The notes under the pieces were generated by a model. That model ran no database searches. It was not told where the DNA came from and saw only the letters and a program-made list of their open reading frames with translations. Both the position numbers and the translations under genes were made by a program. A DNA stretch of 64,000 bases from Spirochaetia bacterium (GTDB lineage: Bacteria > Spirochaetota > Spirochaetia > CAKZLE01), in contig OY782041.1 in assembly GCA_963677595.1 (NCBI GenBank), positions 672,001 to 736,000 of the forward strand, written 5' to 3'. Positions 29,711 through 44,182 of this stretch are shown here, one piece after another (the stretch's first letter is position 1; every line of letters starts with the position of its first letter).

Positions 29711-29712
29711 GT

Positions 29713-31296
29713 TCACAATCTCCTTGTTCCTGTACATCTGTTGTAGTGTTCGAACTCAGGCAGGGTATCATCCGAAAGATGGGTGAACCCCCTGAGCCTC
29801 CGTATCAAGGGAGGGTTCCAGGCCGCTCTTGCTGCCGGCCTCACTCCCATATCCTGCATGATGGGGATGAATGTTTCAAGTCTTTTCTCGAACTCTTCAT
29901 AATCCCCTTCCCCGAGTCCTGCCCACATCCGCTCCGCCATGGCGGTAAGGCGGGGAAATACCTGCCAGTGGAGCCGTTCCTCGGAGTCGACCCACTCTGA
30001 CCACAGGGGTCCCTCGAACCCGATCAGGGATGAACTCACTGATCCCTTCTTCAGCGCCCTCGGCAGCATCCTGAATGATTTCCTCAGGGGCAGTACCGCA
30101 TAGGACTGGTCAAGGTAGCTGTGGAAGTAGTCCGAGGCGATGACGTCCCTGCCGTCTTCCAGGGCCCTGATAACCCGCTTTCGCCTCCGTTTAAGGGGAT
30201 TCCAGTACTGGATGATTGCTGCGGGGTCTTCCCGGCTCCCATCAAGGATCTCGTTCCACCCGATCGGGACCTTCCCGAGACCTTCGAAGATCCTGTAGAC
30301 ATCGGAGAGGAAGAGTTGCTGCAGGTCCTCGACATCCTCCGAGCCGTGCTCCTCCAGATAGCCCCTGCAGACCTCGCAGTCGGACCACTGTCGTCGCGGG
30401 GCCTCATCCCCCCCGATGTGGACCCATCTCGAGGGAAAGAGCCCAGCGATCTCGGTGAATAGACCGTTGAGGAACTCCCGCACCTCTGCAGACCCGGCAC
30501 AGAGGGTGTCGGTAAAGATCCCAAAGGTTCCGGGGACTTCCAGCGGACGCTTATGGCAAGAGAGTTCAGGATAGGCAGCCAGCAGGGCAGAGACATGCCC
30601 AGGTATGTCGATCTCGGGAATCACCTCGATCCCGAGGGAGGCAGCATAGCTGACGATCTGGGTAACATCTTCCTTTGAGTAGTATCCCCGGTAAGTAGTG
30701 CGGTCCCGCTCCTTCGATCGCCTGCCGCCCGTCTGGGTCTCCTTCCGGACAGAACCGATTCCCGTGAGGGCAGGATACCCATCCAGCTGGAGCCGCCATC
30801 CCTGGTCATCGGTGAGATGCCAGTGAAACCGGTTGAGTTTATGGAGGAGCATGGCATCAAGCAGCCGCTTGATCGCTGTAACGGGGAAGAAATGGCGGGA
30901 GCAGTCGAGCATGAACCCCCTCCAGGGGAAACTGCTGCAGTCGACTATCCGCACAGGGATACAGACTTCTGCCTTCAGCATCTGCCTGAAGGTCTGCAGG
31001 GCATAGAGGCAGCTTGTCCCCGACGAGCCGGTGATCAGCAGCTTCGTTTGCGAGAGTTCAAGCCAGTACTTCTCATCAGCTGAAGGGAGTTCTGGATCCA
31101 CAGTGATGGTCACGGCTGCTTCAGCTTGTACCATGGTGATTCCCGGCAGGAGTGATGTCAGCAGGTCGATGATAGCTGCTTCTTCACCTTCAGGGATCCC
31201 GGTGACCTGTACGGTATCGAGCCTGACCTCACCCCAGGGAAGGGGGTGGTCGGAGAGCTGGGTAATCTCTTTGGGCTTCGGGATTATATCATACAC
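29713..31296 (-). CDS. Beta-N-acetylhexosaminidase (GH20)
   Basis: WRGFMLDCSRHF, FHWHLTDDQGWR, PEIDIPGH, HIGGDE, LWSE, FPRL; GTG start with GGAGG SD. Confidence 0.93.
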   Translation of the reverse strand: MYDIIPKPKEITQLSDHPLPWGEVRLDTVQVTGIPEGEEAAIIDLLTSLLPGITMVQAEAAVTITVDPELPSADEKYWLELSQTKLLITGSSGTSCLYALQTFRQMLKAEVCIPVRIVDCSSFPWRGFMLDCSRHFFPVTAIKRLLDAMLLHKLNRFHWHLTDDQGWRLQLDGYPALTGIGSVRKETQTGGRRSKERDRTTYRGYYSKEDVTQIVSYAASLGIEVIPEIDIPGHVSALLAAYPELSCHKRPLEVPGTFGIFTDTLCAGSAEVREFLNGLFTEIAGLFPSRWVHIGGDEAPRRQWSDCEVCRGYLEEHGSEDVEDLQQLFLSDVYRIFEGLGKVPIGWNEILDGSREDPAAIIQYWNPLKRRRKRVIRALEDGRDVIASDYFHSYLDQSYAVLPLRKSFRMLPRALKKGSVSSSLIGFEGPLWSEWVDSEERLHWQVFPRLTAMAERMWAGLGEGDYEEFEKRLETFIPIMQDMGVRPAARAAWNPPLIRRLRGFTHLSDDTLPEFEHYNRCTGTRRL

Positions 31297-31486
31297 CTTG
31301 CGGCCTCCATGCACGTATGCATCATACCATACCGGCGTAAGTTCCGCTATGAGGAAGGAAGACGTGCCGGCCTGCAACTTCTCGAGGTAAAGCAGAATCC
31401 GGGAATTGTCCTGTACCCCCCGAATCTGGTAGACTGTCAGCCATACAAGGGGAATGTGATCCCCATCGGATACGAGGAGTCGATTC

Positions 31487-32692
31487 ATGAAACACATCAT
31501 CATTCTTGCCGACGGAGCAGCAGATCACCCGATCGAGGCATTGGGGGGAAAGACCCCGCTGCAGGCAGCGAATACTCCCAACATCGACGCGCTGTGCGAA
31601 CGGTCCCGGCTCGGCATGCTCGAGACGGTACCGGCTGACATGCCTCCCGGCAGTGAGGTCGCGAACCTCTCTGTCCTCGGGTATGACGTGAGACGGGTAT
31701 ACCAGGGACGCGGGGTCCTCGAGGCTGCCAGCATGGGAGTAGATGTCGCAGATGGTGAGCTCGCTATGCGCTGCAACCTCATCTGCGTCAATGACGGAAA
31801 GATCAAGAACCATTCTGCCGGACATATATCGACTGAAGAAGCCGAAGAACTGATAACAGCATTGAATGAACACTTCGACAATAAGGGATTCTCGTTCTAC
31901 CCGGGAGTGAGCTACCGGCACCTCTTCATCCTTACCGGTGGCAGTGACAGGATCAGCTGCACCCCACCCCATGATGTCCCGGGAACTGCCTGTGCTGATG
32001 TGATGGTCAAATCAATAGCGCCGGAAGGAAACGAGACTGCAAACCTGCTGAACTGGATCATTGAGGAGTCACAGACGATCCTGCAGGACCACCCGGTCAA
32101 CAGGAAGAGGATCGAGGCAGGCAAGGACCCAGCCAACTCAGTATGGTTCTGGGCACAGGGATACCGTCCTCAGATGGAGACCTTCGCCGAGCTCTACGGC
32201 AAGAACGGCTCAGTCATCTCCGCTGTCGACCTCATCTTCGGTATTGGAGTCTACGCAGGGTTGGATCCGATTCATGTGGCAGGTGCCACCGGATTATATG
32301 ATACGAACTATGAGGGGAAAGCTGAAGCCGCCATTGAAGAGCTGAAGAAGAAGGATTTCGTATTCCTCCACTTCGAGGCAAGTGATGAGGCAGGGCATGA
32401 GGGGGACTTCGAGCTGAAGGTGAAGACCCTCGAATACCTGGACAGTCGGGCAGTGAAGCCGATCATCGAGGCAGTCTCACAGTTCGAGGAACCGGTCTCC
32501 ATCGCGATCCTGCCGGACCACCCGACCCCATGTGCCATCAGGACCCATGTCCATGACGCAGTCCCGGTGCTGATCTTCAATCCTGAGGTTCCCGGGGACG
32601 GCATCACCTCCTACGATGAGGAGTCGGTAAAGCAGGGTTCCCTCGGTACCATGGTCGGCCCGCAGTTCATCAGGACCTTCTTCAAGGAATAA
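31487..32692 (+). CDS. apgM: Cofactor-independent phosphoglycerate mutase (archaeal/ApgM type)
   Basis: ADGAAD, GKTPL, PGSEVAN, GRGVLEA, SYRH, DEAGH, PDHPTP, RTH. Confidence 0.92.
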   Translation: MKHIIILADGAADHPIEALGGKTPLQAANTPNIDALCERSRLGMLETVPADMPPGSEVANLSVLGYDVRRVYQGRGVLEAASMGVDVADGELAMRCNLICVNDGKIKNHSAGHISTEEAEELITALNEHFDNKGFSFYPGVSYRHLFILTGGSDRISCTPPHDVPGTACADVMVKSIAPEGNETANLLNWIIEESQTILQDHPVNRKRIEAGKDPANSVWFWAQGYRPQMETFAELYGKNGSVISAVDLIFGIGVYAGLDPIHVAGATGLYDTNYEGKAEAAIEELKKKDFVFLHFEASDEAGHEGDFELKVKTLEYLDSRAVKPIIEAVSQFEEPVSIAILPDHPTPCAIRTHVHDAVPVLIFNPEVPGDGITSYDEESVKQGSLGTMVGPQFIRTFFKE

Positions 32693-32714
32693 CTCACTCC
32701 ACCCAGACGCAGGA

Positions 32715-32737
32715 AGACCTCCCGTAAAGGGAGGTCT
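32715..32737. terminator. Hairpin between convergent apgM and rrn operon (likely bidirectional terminator)
   Basis: AGACCTCCC-GTAAA-GGGAGGTCT perfect 9-bp stem. Confidence 0.7.
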
Positions 32738-32807
32738 CTTCTGGAACCCTGCAGCCGGAGGGCTGCATGACCGTGTCATGGATGACAAGGTCTAAAAAAT
32801 AAAAAAA

Positions 32808-32920
<113 letters not shown>

Positions 32921-33007
32921 TTACTTATTTGCTTCACCTCAGCAGTGCCGGTTGTACACCGTCCACTGCTGTAGCAAAGCAAATTGTTCAAAGAATTATA
33001 GAATAAT

Positions 33008-35997
<2,990 letters not shown>

Positions 35998-36223
35998 ATT
36001 ATCCTATAATCCTTCTCTATCACCTTCTTCCAAAGGTCTACCATCCGTCACTCCCGTGACAAACAGGCTATGTCAATCGGCAACTTGCGTTACCGTGTGA
36101 GATTCCGCTTATCAGTAAAATCTCAAAAAAATGGACATACTCACTATAGTTAGCAGCATGCCACCATCTGGACCTAAAAAAAATCCGGATGCATTTTCAT
36201 CCACATAAGCGAATGAAGATGAG

Positions 36224-36297
36224 TGGGCCTGACAAGACTTGAACTTGTGACCTCGCGCTTATCAGGCGCGCGCTCTAACCACCTGAGCTACAGGCCC
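36224..36297 (-). tRNA. tRNA-Ile (GAT), CCA not encoded
   Basis: GGGCCTGTAGCTCAGGTGGTTAGAGCGCGCGCCTGATAAGCGCGAGGTCACAAGTTCAAGTCTTGTCAGGCCCA cloverleaf. Confidence 0.96.
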
Positions 36298-36516
36298 ATA
36301 CAAAGTAATCAGAAAAGTGAAGGAATAGGTAACCATAAGGGTTGGCGAGATTACTCGCCTTGTGACATCCTGTTACGGCTGCCACCGTCCTACGGACATT
36401 GATGAGATTACTCATCTGATGGGTTTCCCCATCTTGGTTGAAGGTCAGGAGTGAAGCTCCTTCCCCTCTGGACTGTACATCGAGTCCATTCTTTCGTTAG
36501 AAAGACCCTTTCTTAC

Positions 36517-38060
<1,544 letters not shown>

Positions 38061-38269
38061 ATATAAGTTAAGCATCCGAAGATGCTCATTACCATTGTTC
38101 GTTTTCCCCTGTCTTCTCGCTGACTTGCCCAGTTGGTCTTCGACCAACTGGCCTTCATCTTTGAATTGACTTAGGACCCTTACGGTTCCTATTCTTCATC
38201 CTTCACTTTTCTTATTTCTCTGTCAAAAATCATGCTCCATCTGAGGTGTTACCCTCAGTGCGCTCGACA

Positions 38270-38298
38270 TTTATACCAAATGGACCATCTCTTGTCAA
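38270..38298 (-). promoter_or_regulatory. rrn promoter (TTGACA-N17-TATAAA)
   Basis: Near-consensus sigma70 elements with A/T tracts upstream. Confidence 0.75.
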
Positions 38299-38390
38299 CA
38301 ACCATATTGAAAAAATCACGAAAAAAACGGCCCGGGGATGGGTAAACATCGATATCATCTTATCGGGGAAGCAATAACCGATTCATGGTG

Positions 38391-39173
38391 CTATGCGAGC
38401 AGGTGTTCTGCGAACCGGGCGAACCCACGTCCACCTGGGAGCTCTGTACCATAGGCCGGGAGGTCTTCGGCCTCCCACCCGAGGCCCTCCAGGTCACCTA
38501 CCCCTATCGATACCGGGAAGGCTCGGAACAGGGGGATGTCATTCGTCGAGTCACCACAGTAGACCGACTGCCCGATGAGCTCATCGAACCCAAGGCCATA
38601 CCGGTGCTGCATGAAAAGCTTCACCATATCGAGCTTGTTGTAGCTGCCGAACCAGCAGTTCACGTGGATCGAGGAGACCCCGAAGGAGGCGCCGACCTCT
38701 CCACAGATATCGGTGATGCGCGCTATCCCGTCCTGGTCGAGGAACGGTGGTTCACTGTGGTGATCGAATGCGATATCGAAGATCCTGCAGAACTGGTCTG
38801 AGGAGAGTTTGCTGCCGGGCACCTCCGAGAGGACCCTGCCGATCAGCCGGTCTGCCCGCTCACGATAGCCCTCCCGCTCGATGCTCGGGTGGTGGTAGAT
38901 CCCCCGGCTGCCGTCAGATTCGGTATAGAAGGCGAGCGCCCCGCTCTCCGTGATCACCGAATCGATCGGCCACTGCCTGAGATAGGTATCTGACCAGCCG
39001 GCAGACCCGCCGGTGACGGGGATGATCCTGATCCCTGCATCCTGCAGGGAGTAGAGGGCAGCGAGCGTCTCCGGCAGGAGCCGTCCGTGCGTGGTTATCG
39101 TGTCATCCACATCCGTCAGGATAAACTTCACCTGCTTCAGCAGTGTCCGATCCAGTGTTTCCAGGTGCTCCAT
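38391..39173 (-). CDS. HAD-superfamily hydrolase, subfamily IIB
   Basis: TDVDDT motif I, VTG, K, CGDSTND. Confidence 0.88.
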   Translation of the reverse strand: MEHLETLDRTLLKQVKFILTDVDDTITTHGRLLPETLAALYSLQDAGIRIIPVTGGSAGWSDTYLRQWPIDSVITESGALAFYTESDGSRGIYHHPSIEREGYRERADRLIGRVLSEVPGSKLSSDQFCRIFDIAFDHHSEPPFLDQDGIARITDICGEVGASFGVSSIHVNCWFGSYNKLDMVKLFMQHRYGLGFDELIGQSVYCGDSTNDIPLFRAFPVSIGVGDLEGLGWEAEDLPAYGTELPGGRGFARFAEHLLA

Positions 39174-39181
39174 ACCAGTCC

Positions 39182-39772
39182 CTACCGGGTCATTCCTGAG
39201 AGTTTAGGAAGGGCATCACGCAGGTAGCTGACAAACGACAGCAGCGATGCCAGGGCAGCGAGCATGAAGAGGTACGGGAGGACCGTCCCGTAGAGCTCCA
39301 GCCATGCCGGGGTGTCGGCGACCATCCGGATGAGGACTGAGTAGAGGATTCCCAGGATCGCGGAGACCGCGTAGAGGACGGCTTTCATCTTCCCCCAGAT
39401 CGAGGCAGCCATGGCTACCCCCTGCCCCATGAGGATCATACGCAGGAAGGTCACCCCGAGCTCCCGGTAGAGGATGATCAGGAACGTCCATAGCGGCATA
39501 ATCGAGGAGAAGGCAAGACAGACGAAGTAGGTCATCCTGCTCATGACATCGGAGAAGGGGTCAAGCACCTTGCCGAGGTCTGTGACCATGTCGTACTTCC
39601 TGGCGATGATGCCGTCGAGCAGGTCACTCGCCTCGATGAGGATATAGACGATCACCAGCATCCAGGTCATGAGCTGCAGGTCAGCTCCGGTCCATTGGGG
39701 CAGGAAATAGATGACGAAGAACAATGGAGCCAGGAACAGGCGGCTCATAGTCAGTTTGTTAGGCAGATTCAT
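39182..39772 (-). CDS. pgsA: CDP-diacylglycerol--glycerol-3-phosphate 3-phosphatidyltransferase
   Basis: MNLPNKLT, DLLDGIIARK...LGKVLDPFSD. Confidence 0.92.
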   Translation of the reverse strand: MNLPNKLTMSRLFLAPLFFVIYFLPQWTGADLQLMTWMLVIVYILIEASDLLDGIIARKYDMVTDLGKVLDPFSDVMSRMTYFVCLAFSSIMPLWTFLIILYRELGVTFLRMILMGQGVAMAASIWGKMKAVLYAVSAILGILYSVLIRMVADTPAWLELYGTVLPYLFMLAALASLLSFVSYLRDALPKLSGMTR

Positions 39773-39786
39773 AGGGTTTCAGCTCC

Positions 39787-41283
39787 TTACCATTGATAGA
39801 TATGTGCATATTTATCCCAAAGATACTCAATGAAGCAGGAGGAGTCGAGTACTTCTCCCGTCACCTTCTTCAGGAGTTCCGCAGGCTCATAGATGCTCCC
39901 CCTCCGGTATATCTCCGTGTTTAGCCATGCTGCCGTATCATGCAGGTTCCCTTCTGAGATTCTCTGCGGGGTATCAGGCAGCTGCTTCAGCAGCGTCCGG
40001 TAGAACTGGGCCCCGTAGAGGTTCCCCAGGGCATAGGTCGGGAAGTACCCGATCAGGCCTGCTGACCAGTGGACATCCTGGAGCACCCCGTCGCTCGGTT
40101 TCTCCGGCGTGATCCCCAGCAGTTCCTGCATCAGTGAGTTCCAGGCCCAGGGGAGATCCCCCACCTTAAGGTCCCCTGAGACCAGCCGTTTCTCCAGCTC
40201 GTAGCGCAGGATGATATGAAGGTTGTAGGTGACCTCGTCGGCGTTCACCCTGATGAACGAGGGTTCGACCCTGTTGATCCCCCGGAGGAACGCATCCTTG
40301 GTGATCCCGCCCAGCTGTGACGGGAAGAGCCCCTGCAGCTGCGGGTAGTAATACTCCCAGAACTCACCCGACCGGCCGATGATGTTCTCCCACAGCCGTG
40401 ACTGGCTCTCGTGGATCGCCATGGAGACACCATCTGCCAGGACCGTGCCGCGTGTCCGTTCATTGGAAGCCCCGAGCTCGTAGAGCCCGTGGCCCTCCTC
40501 ATGGATCGTACTGAAGAGGGGGGAACTCACTGAGGGTTCCGTGTAGCGCGTCGTGATTCGGACGTCATCGTAGCCCACGGTCGTGGTGAAGGGATGAACA
40601 GCCTCAGCGAGCTGTCCCCGCTTGAAATCGAACCCCATGTCATGGAGGACCTGGCGGCCGAACTGGTCCTGCAGGTCTCTCGGGTACTCCTCATAGAGGA
40701 ACCGGTCGTCAGCCTGCGGGCAGGAGGTGATCCTCTCCAGCAGCTTGAGGACCTCAGCCTTGAGCGGGGCAAAGACCCCGTCTATCTGCGCTGAAGTCAT
40801 CCCCGGCTCATAGTCGTCGAGCAGGGCATCATACGGGAGCCCCTCATAGCCCACAGCTTCGGCATACTCCCGCTTCAGGCTGATGATCTTCTCGAGGTAG
40901 GGGGCGAACGAAGCGAAGTCCTCATCCTTCCTGGCTGAGACCCAGGCATTCTGGCCCCGGGACTCCGCTTCGCTCATGGCGACTACCAGTGTCTTGGGCA
41001 CCTTGACTGCCCTGTCATACTCCCGCTTGTGGATCCGCCTCAGGGCATGGTCCTCCACGGACTGTTCTTCCCCGCAGGCTTCGAGGGCCTCTCCCATCTC
41101 CGGGGAGGCAGTCAGGTCATGTATATAGCCCTTGAGCAGCGAGATCTGCGCTGCCCGACCCTCCAGCCCTTCAGGGGGCATCTGGGTCTCTTCATCCCAT
41201 TCCAGCAGGGCTGCGGTATGCTCGAGCAGGACGATCTCCCGGTCTATTCGTTTGATCTCATCTAGTGCTTGCTTTCTGTCCAA
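39787..41283 (-). CDS. Carboxypeptidase M32 (Taq-type)
   Basis: HPF, DVRITTRY, HEEGH, HESQS, IRVNADE, GVLQDVHW, GYFPTY. Confidence 0.95.
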   Translation of the reverse strand: MDRKQALDEIKRIDREIVLLEHTAALLEWDEETQMPPEGLEGRAAQISLLKGYIHDLTASPEMGEALEACGEEQSVEDHALRRIHKREYDRAVKVPKTLVVAMSEAESRGQNAWVSARKDEDFASFAPYLEKIISLKREYAEAVGYEGLPYDALLDDYEPGMTSAQIDGVFAPLKAEVLKLLERITSCPQADDRFLYEEYPRDLQDQFGRQVLHDMGFDFKRGQLAEAVHPFTTTVGYDDVRITTRYTEPSVSSPLFSTIHEEGHGLYELGASNERTRGTVLADGVSMAIHESQSRLWENIIGRSGEFWEYYYPQLQGLFPSQLGGITKDAFLRGINRVEPSFIRVNADEVTYNLHIILRYELEKRLVSGDLKVGDLPWAWNSLMQELLGITPEKPSDGVLQDVHWSAGLIGYFPTYALGNLYGAQFYRTLLKQLPDTPQRISEGNLHDTAAWLNTEIYRRGSIYEPAELLKKVTGEVLDSSCFIEYLWDKYAHIYQW

Positions 41284-41286
41284 TGT

Positions 41287-41922
41287 TCACTCCTGTGTAT
41301 CACTATGCTTCATCGCCCGCTGCCAGATACCATAACCGGATGCCCCAAGCAGGATGAAGATGATCACCGCATACTTGAACACATCGATCACGGAGGAGGC
41401 CCTCGACCCGAAGATGAAGACTGACCAGAAGATGACCCCCGTGGTGGCGAGCACCCCTATGATATCATAGAGAAGGTAGGAACCATAGGGGATCTTCACA
41501 TAACCTGCTCCCATATGCAGGATATTCCTGAACCCGAACGGGATGTACCGTCCAAGGATCAGCATCTTCCTCGTATGGCGGCTGAACTGATGCTCCACCC
41601 AGGCTATGCGGCGATGATATCTCTCATAATGGCGTTTTCGATGTTCTGACTGGTCTTTCTTCCGTACGAACCGGGCTTCGATCACCGGCTCGAACGCCCT
41701 GCCGAACCAGTAGGATACCTGGTCCCCGCTGAAAGCACCGAGCAGCACTGAGACTGCCAGCAGCGGTGCCATACGGGGATAGGCGGCGGCAAGGGATGCC
41801 GCCGCTATGTTCAGCAGGTCCTCCGAGAGGGGGACATTGGCCCCGGCTGCTGTCAGGAGACAGAATATGATCGCCGGAGCCAGCATGATATGGGTCTGTA
41901 GGTACGTTATGATCGTTTCCAT
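41287..41922 (-). CDS. DedA family membrane protein
   Basis: VPLSED, GDQVSYWFGR, GRYIPFGFRN. Confidence 0.88.
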   Translation of the reverse strand: METIITYLQTHIMLAPAIIFCLLTAAGANVPLSEDLLNIAAASLAAAYPRMAPLLAVSVLLGAFSGDQVSYWFGRAFEPVIEARFVRKKDQSEHRKRHYERYHRRIAWVEHQFSRHTRKMLILGRYIPFGFRNILHMGAGYVKIPYGSYLLYDIIGVLATTGVIFWSVFIFGSRASSVIDVFKYAVIIFILLGASGYGIWQRAMKHSDTQE

Positions 41923-41943
41923 ACCACCCCTGGTACCTGAGTC

Positions 41944-43686
41944 TTACAGGACCTCTTTGTTCTCGACCTTCTCCTGGAGGAAGGAGACGAACTCCTCCAC
42001 GGGGATCCCGTTCTCCTGCTTCCCGTCACGGTACCGGCAGGAGACAGCGGTCTCCGCTTCCTCCTTCTCCCCGATGATGAGCATATAGGGGATCTTCTCC
42101 TTCTGTGCGTTCCTGATCTTCGCGTTCATCCTATCGTTGCTCAAGTCCGCAGATACCCTGAAGCCCTCTGCCTTGAGCAGCTTGACGATCTTCTTCCCGT
42201 ATTCGTTGAACGGTTCCGCTACCGGGATGATCCTCACCTGCTCAGGTGCGAGCCATGGAGGGAAAGCCCCTGCATAGTGCTCGAGCAGCACGCCGAAGAA
42301 CCGCTCGATCGAGCCGAGCAGTGCCCGGTGTACCACGAACGGCTGCTTCTCAGCCCCGTCGGAGTCAACGAAGGTCATCTTGAACCGCTCAGGAAGGTTG
42401 AAGTCGAACTGTACGGTGGAGAGCTGCCAGTCACGACCCATCGCGTCCTTGATCTTGAGGTCGATCTTCGGGCCGTAGAAGGCGCCGCCGCCCTCGTCCA
42501 CGTCATAGTCGAGCCCTTCGGCCTCGATAGCCTTCCGCAGTGACTCGGTCGCGATGTCCCACTTTGCCTTCTCACCGACGCTCTTCTCCGGCATGGTAGA
42601 CAGGTATGCGCTGATGTCCTTGAACCCGAAGGAACGGAGCATATAGAGGGAGAATCGCAGGACCTCGAGGATCTCATCCTCGATCTGCTCAGGGGTACAG
42701 ATGATGTGTGCATCATCCTGGGTGAAGCCCCTTACCCGGAGCAGGCCGTGCAGAGCCCCTGAGTTCTCGTACCGGTAGACGGTGCCGAGCTCAGCCCACC
42801 TGCAGGGAAGCTCCCGGTAGGAGTGCTTGGTGTTGTTGTAGATCATGATATGGAACGGGCAGTTCATCGGCTTCGCATAGTAGTTGGCCTTGTCCATCAC
42901 CATCTCGGGGTACATCCCCTCCTTATAGAAGTCGAGGTGCCCTGAGGTCTCCCAGAGCCAGGATTTCCCGACATGGGGGGTATAGACCATCTCATAGCCG
43001 TTCTTGTAGTGCTCAGCCCGCCAGAAGTCCTCGATCGCCAGGCGGATCCTCGCGCCTTTCGGGTGCCAGTAGACGAGCCCCGGGCCTGCCTCCTCGTGGA
43101 GGCTGAATAAGTCGAGCTCCTTCCCGAGCTTCCGGTGGTCCCGCTTCTCGATATCTTCGAGGTGCTTCATATGGGCACGCAGCTCTTTCGGGTTCGTCCA
43201 TGCGGTCCCGTAGATCCTGGTGAGCATGGGGTTGGTCTCCTTGCCCCTCCAGTACGCGCCTGCTATGGAGAGCAGCTTGAACGCCTGGGCGTTCAGCTCC
43301 TTGGTGGACTCGACATGGGGTCCCCGGCAGAGGTCCTTGAAGGCCCCCTGCTCATAGATGGAGACCTCCTCATCCTCGGGGATCGCCTTAAGCAGCTCGA
43401 GCTTGTAGACCTGGTCCGAGAACTCACTCTCGGCCTCAGCCCGCGAGACGACCTTCCGGACGAACTCCTTCTTCTCCGAGATGATCCGCTTCATCCGCTC
43501 GGTGATCTCCTCGAGGTCATCCGAGACGAGCTGCCTCGGCAGGTCGAAGTCATAGTAGAACCCGTTCTCTATTGCCGGGCCGATCGCGATCTGTGCCGCG
43601 GGGAACATCTCCAGTACCGCCTCAGCCATGACATGCGCCATCGAATGCCGTATCCTGTGCAGTTTCTCGTTACTATCGTCAGCCAT
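41944..43686 (-). CDS. thrS: Threonine--tRNA ligase (short form lacking TGS domain)
   Basis: RHSMAH, DLCRGPH, RDHRKLG, KPMNCP, RVRGFTQDD, AFYGPKID, HRALLGSIERF. Confidence 0.98.
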   Translation of the reverse strand: MADDSNEKLHRIRHSMAHVMAEAVLEMFPAAQIAIGPAIENGFYYDFDLPRQLVSDDLEEITERMKRIISEKKEFVRKVVSRAEAESEFSDQVYKLELLKAIPEDEEVSIYEQGAFKDLCRGPHVESTKELNAQAFKLLSIAGAYWRGKETNPMLTRIYGTAWTNPKELRAHMKHLEDIEKRDHRKLGKELDLFSLHEEAGPGLVYWHPKGARIRLAIEDFWRAEHYKNGYEMVYTPHVGKSWLWETSGHLDFYKEGMYPEMVMDKANYYAKPMNCPFHIMIYNNTKHSYRELPCRWAELGTVYRYENSGALHGLLRVRGFTQDDAHIICTPEQIEDEILEVLRFSLYMLRSFGFKDISAYLSTMPEKSVGEKAKWDIATESLRKAIEAEGLDYDVDEGGGAFYGPKIDLKIKDAMGRDWQLSTVQFDFNLPERFKMTFVDSDGAEKQPFVVHRALLGSIERFFGVLLEHYAGAFPPWLAPEQVRIIPVAEPFNEYGKKIVKLLKAEGFRVSADLSNDRMNAKIRNAQKEKIPYMLIIGEKEEAETAVSCRYRDGKQENGIPVEEFVSFLQEKVENKEVL

Positions 43687-43709
43687 TATCTCCTCCTGGT
43701 CATATGGAC

Positions 43710-44032
43710 AAAAAAACCTTCATACCAGACGTCCTTCACACATGAATCACGTCTGATACCAGCTATCAGGATCATGTGTAAGGACGAAACGTATGAAGGT
43801 TCTTTCTTCAGCAGTTCCGCGGTCCCACCTTACTTCCTTCAGGAAACACCGGAAGGCTCTTCATTGGCTCGTTCACGCAGAGTAACGTCGAGGCCTACAC
43901 CGACCATGCATGGTCGTTTCGATTCGAAGCTCGGGAGTGGTTTTCAGGAGGGGAAAGCCCGAACATCTTCCAGCCGATGGATGTTCTCTCTCTTGGGTTT
44001 CCATTTCCCTACTCGTCTCCGTCCTAGCCTGT
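43710..44032 (-). ncRNA. T-box riboswitch (Thr; ACC specifier) in thrS leader
   Basis: AGTA bulge, AG box AGAGAGA, GCTGGAA F-box, GAAA-ACC-A specifier (43939-43941), T-box AAGGTGGGACCGCG (43818-43831), CGTCCTT antiterminator arm, terminator hairpin plus U7. Confidence 0.88.
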
Positions 44033-44038
44033 ATGAAT

Positions 44039-44067
44039 ACTATCGTGAAATGTAAAGGTTTTGTCAA
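44039..44067 (-). promoter_or_regulatory. Promoter of T-box/thrS (TTGACA-N17-GATAGT)
   Basis: Direct match positioned just upstream of T-box stem I. Confidence 0.65.
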
Positions 44068-44120
44068 CAAGAAACTAGGAAAGAAGAACAGGCTCTGATG
44101 AAAAATACATAAAAACCCCA

Positions 44121-44157
44121 TTGACTAAATATATTTTTATCGATATATATTTACCCA
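44121..44157 (+). promoter_or_regulatory. Promoter of Fe-ADH (TTGACT-N17-TATATA) overlapping putative Rex-like operators
   Basis: AT-rich; TAAATAT-ATTT-TTATCGA and TCGATAT-ATAT-TTACCCA. Confidence 0.5.
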
Positions 44158-44182
44158 TAAGAACAACCAACAGGAGGACACT

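Noticed and set aside
28553-29746. 397-aa + strand ORF antisense to pepT (similar long antisense ORFs at 3818-4843, 5268-6158, 18606-19667, 43135-44055, 59239-60117)
   Set aside because: Shadow ORFs expected from strong C/G third-position bias; no recognisable motifs, and they overlap well-supported genes
41944-43686. ThrS lacking the N-terminal TGS domain as a truncation or pseudogene
   Set aside because: Short ThrS of about 580 aa is known in spirochaetes; good SD and all catalytic motifs are present
43873-44121. 82-aa ORF upstream of thrS as a leader peptide
   Set aside because: It starts upstream of the predicted promoter, and the region is fully explained by the T-box structure
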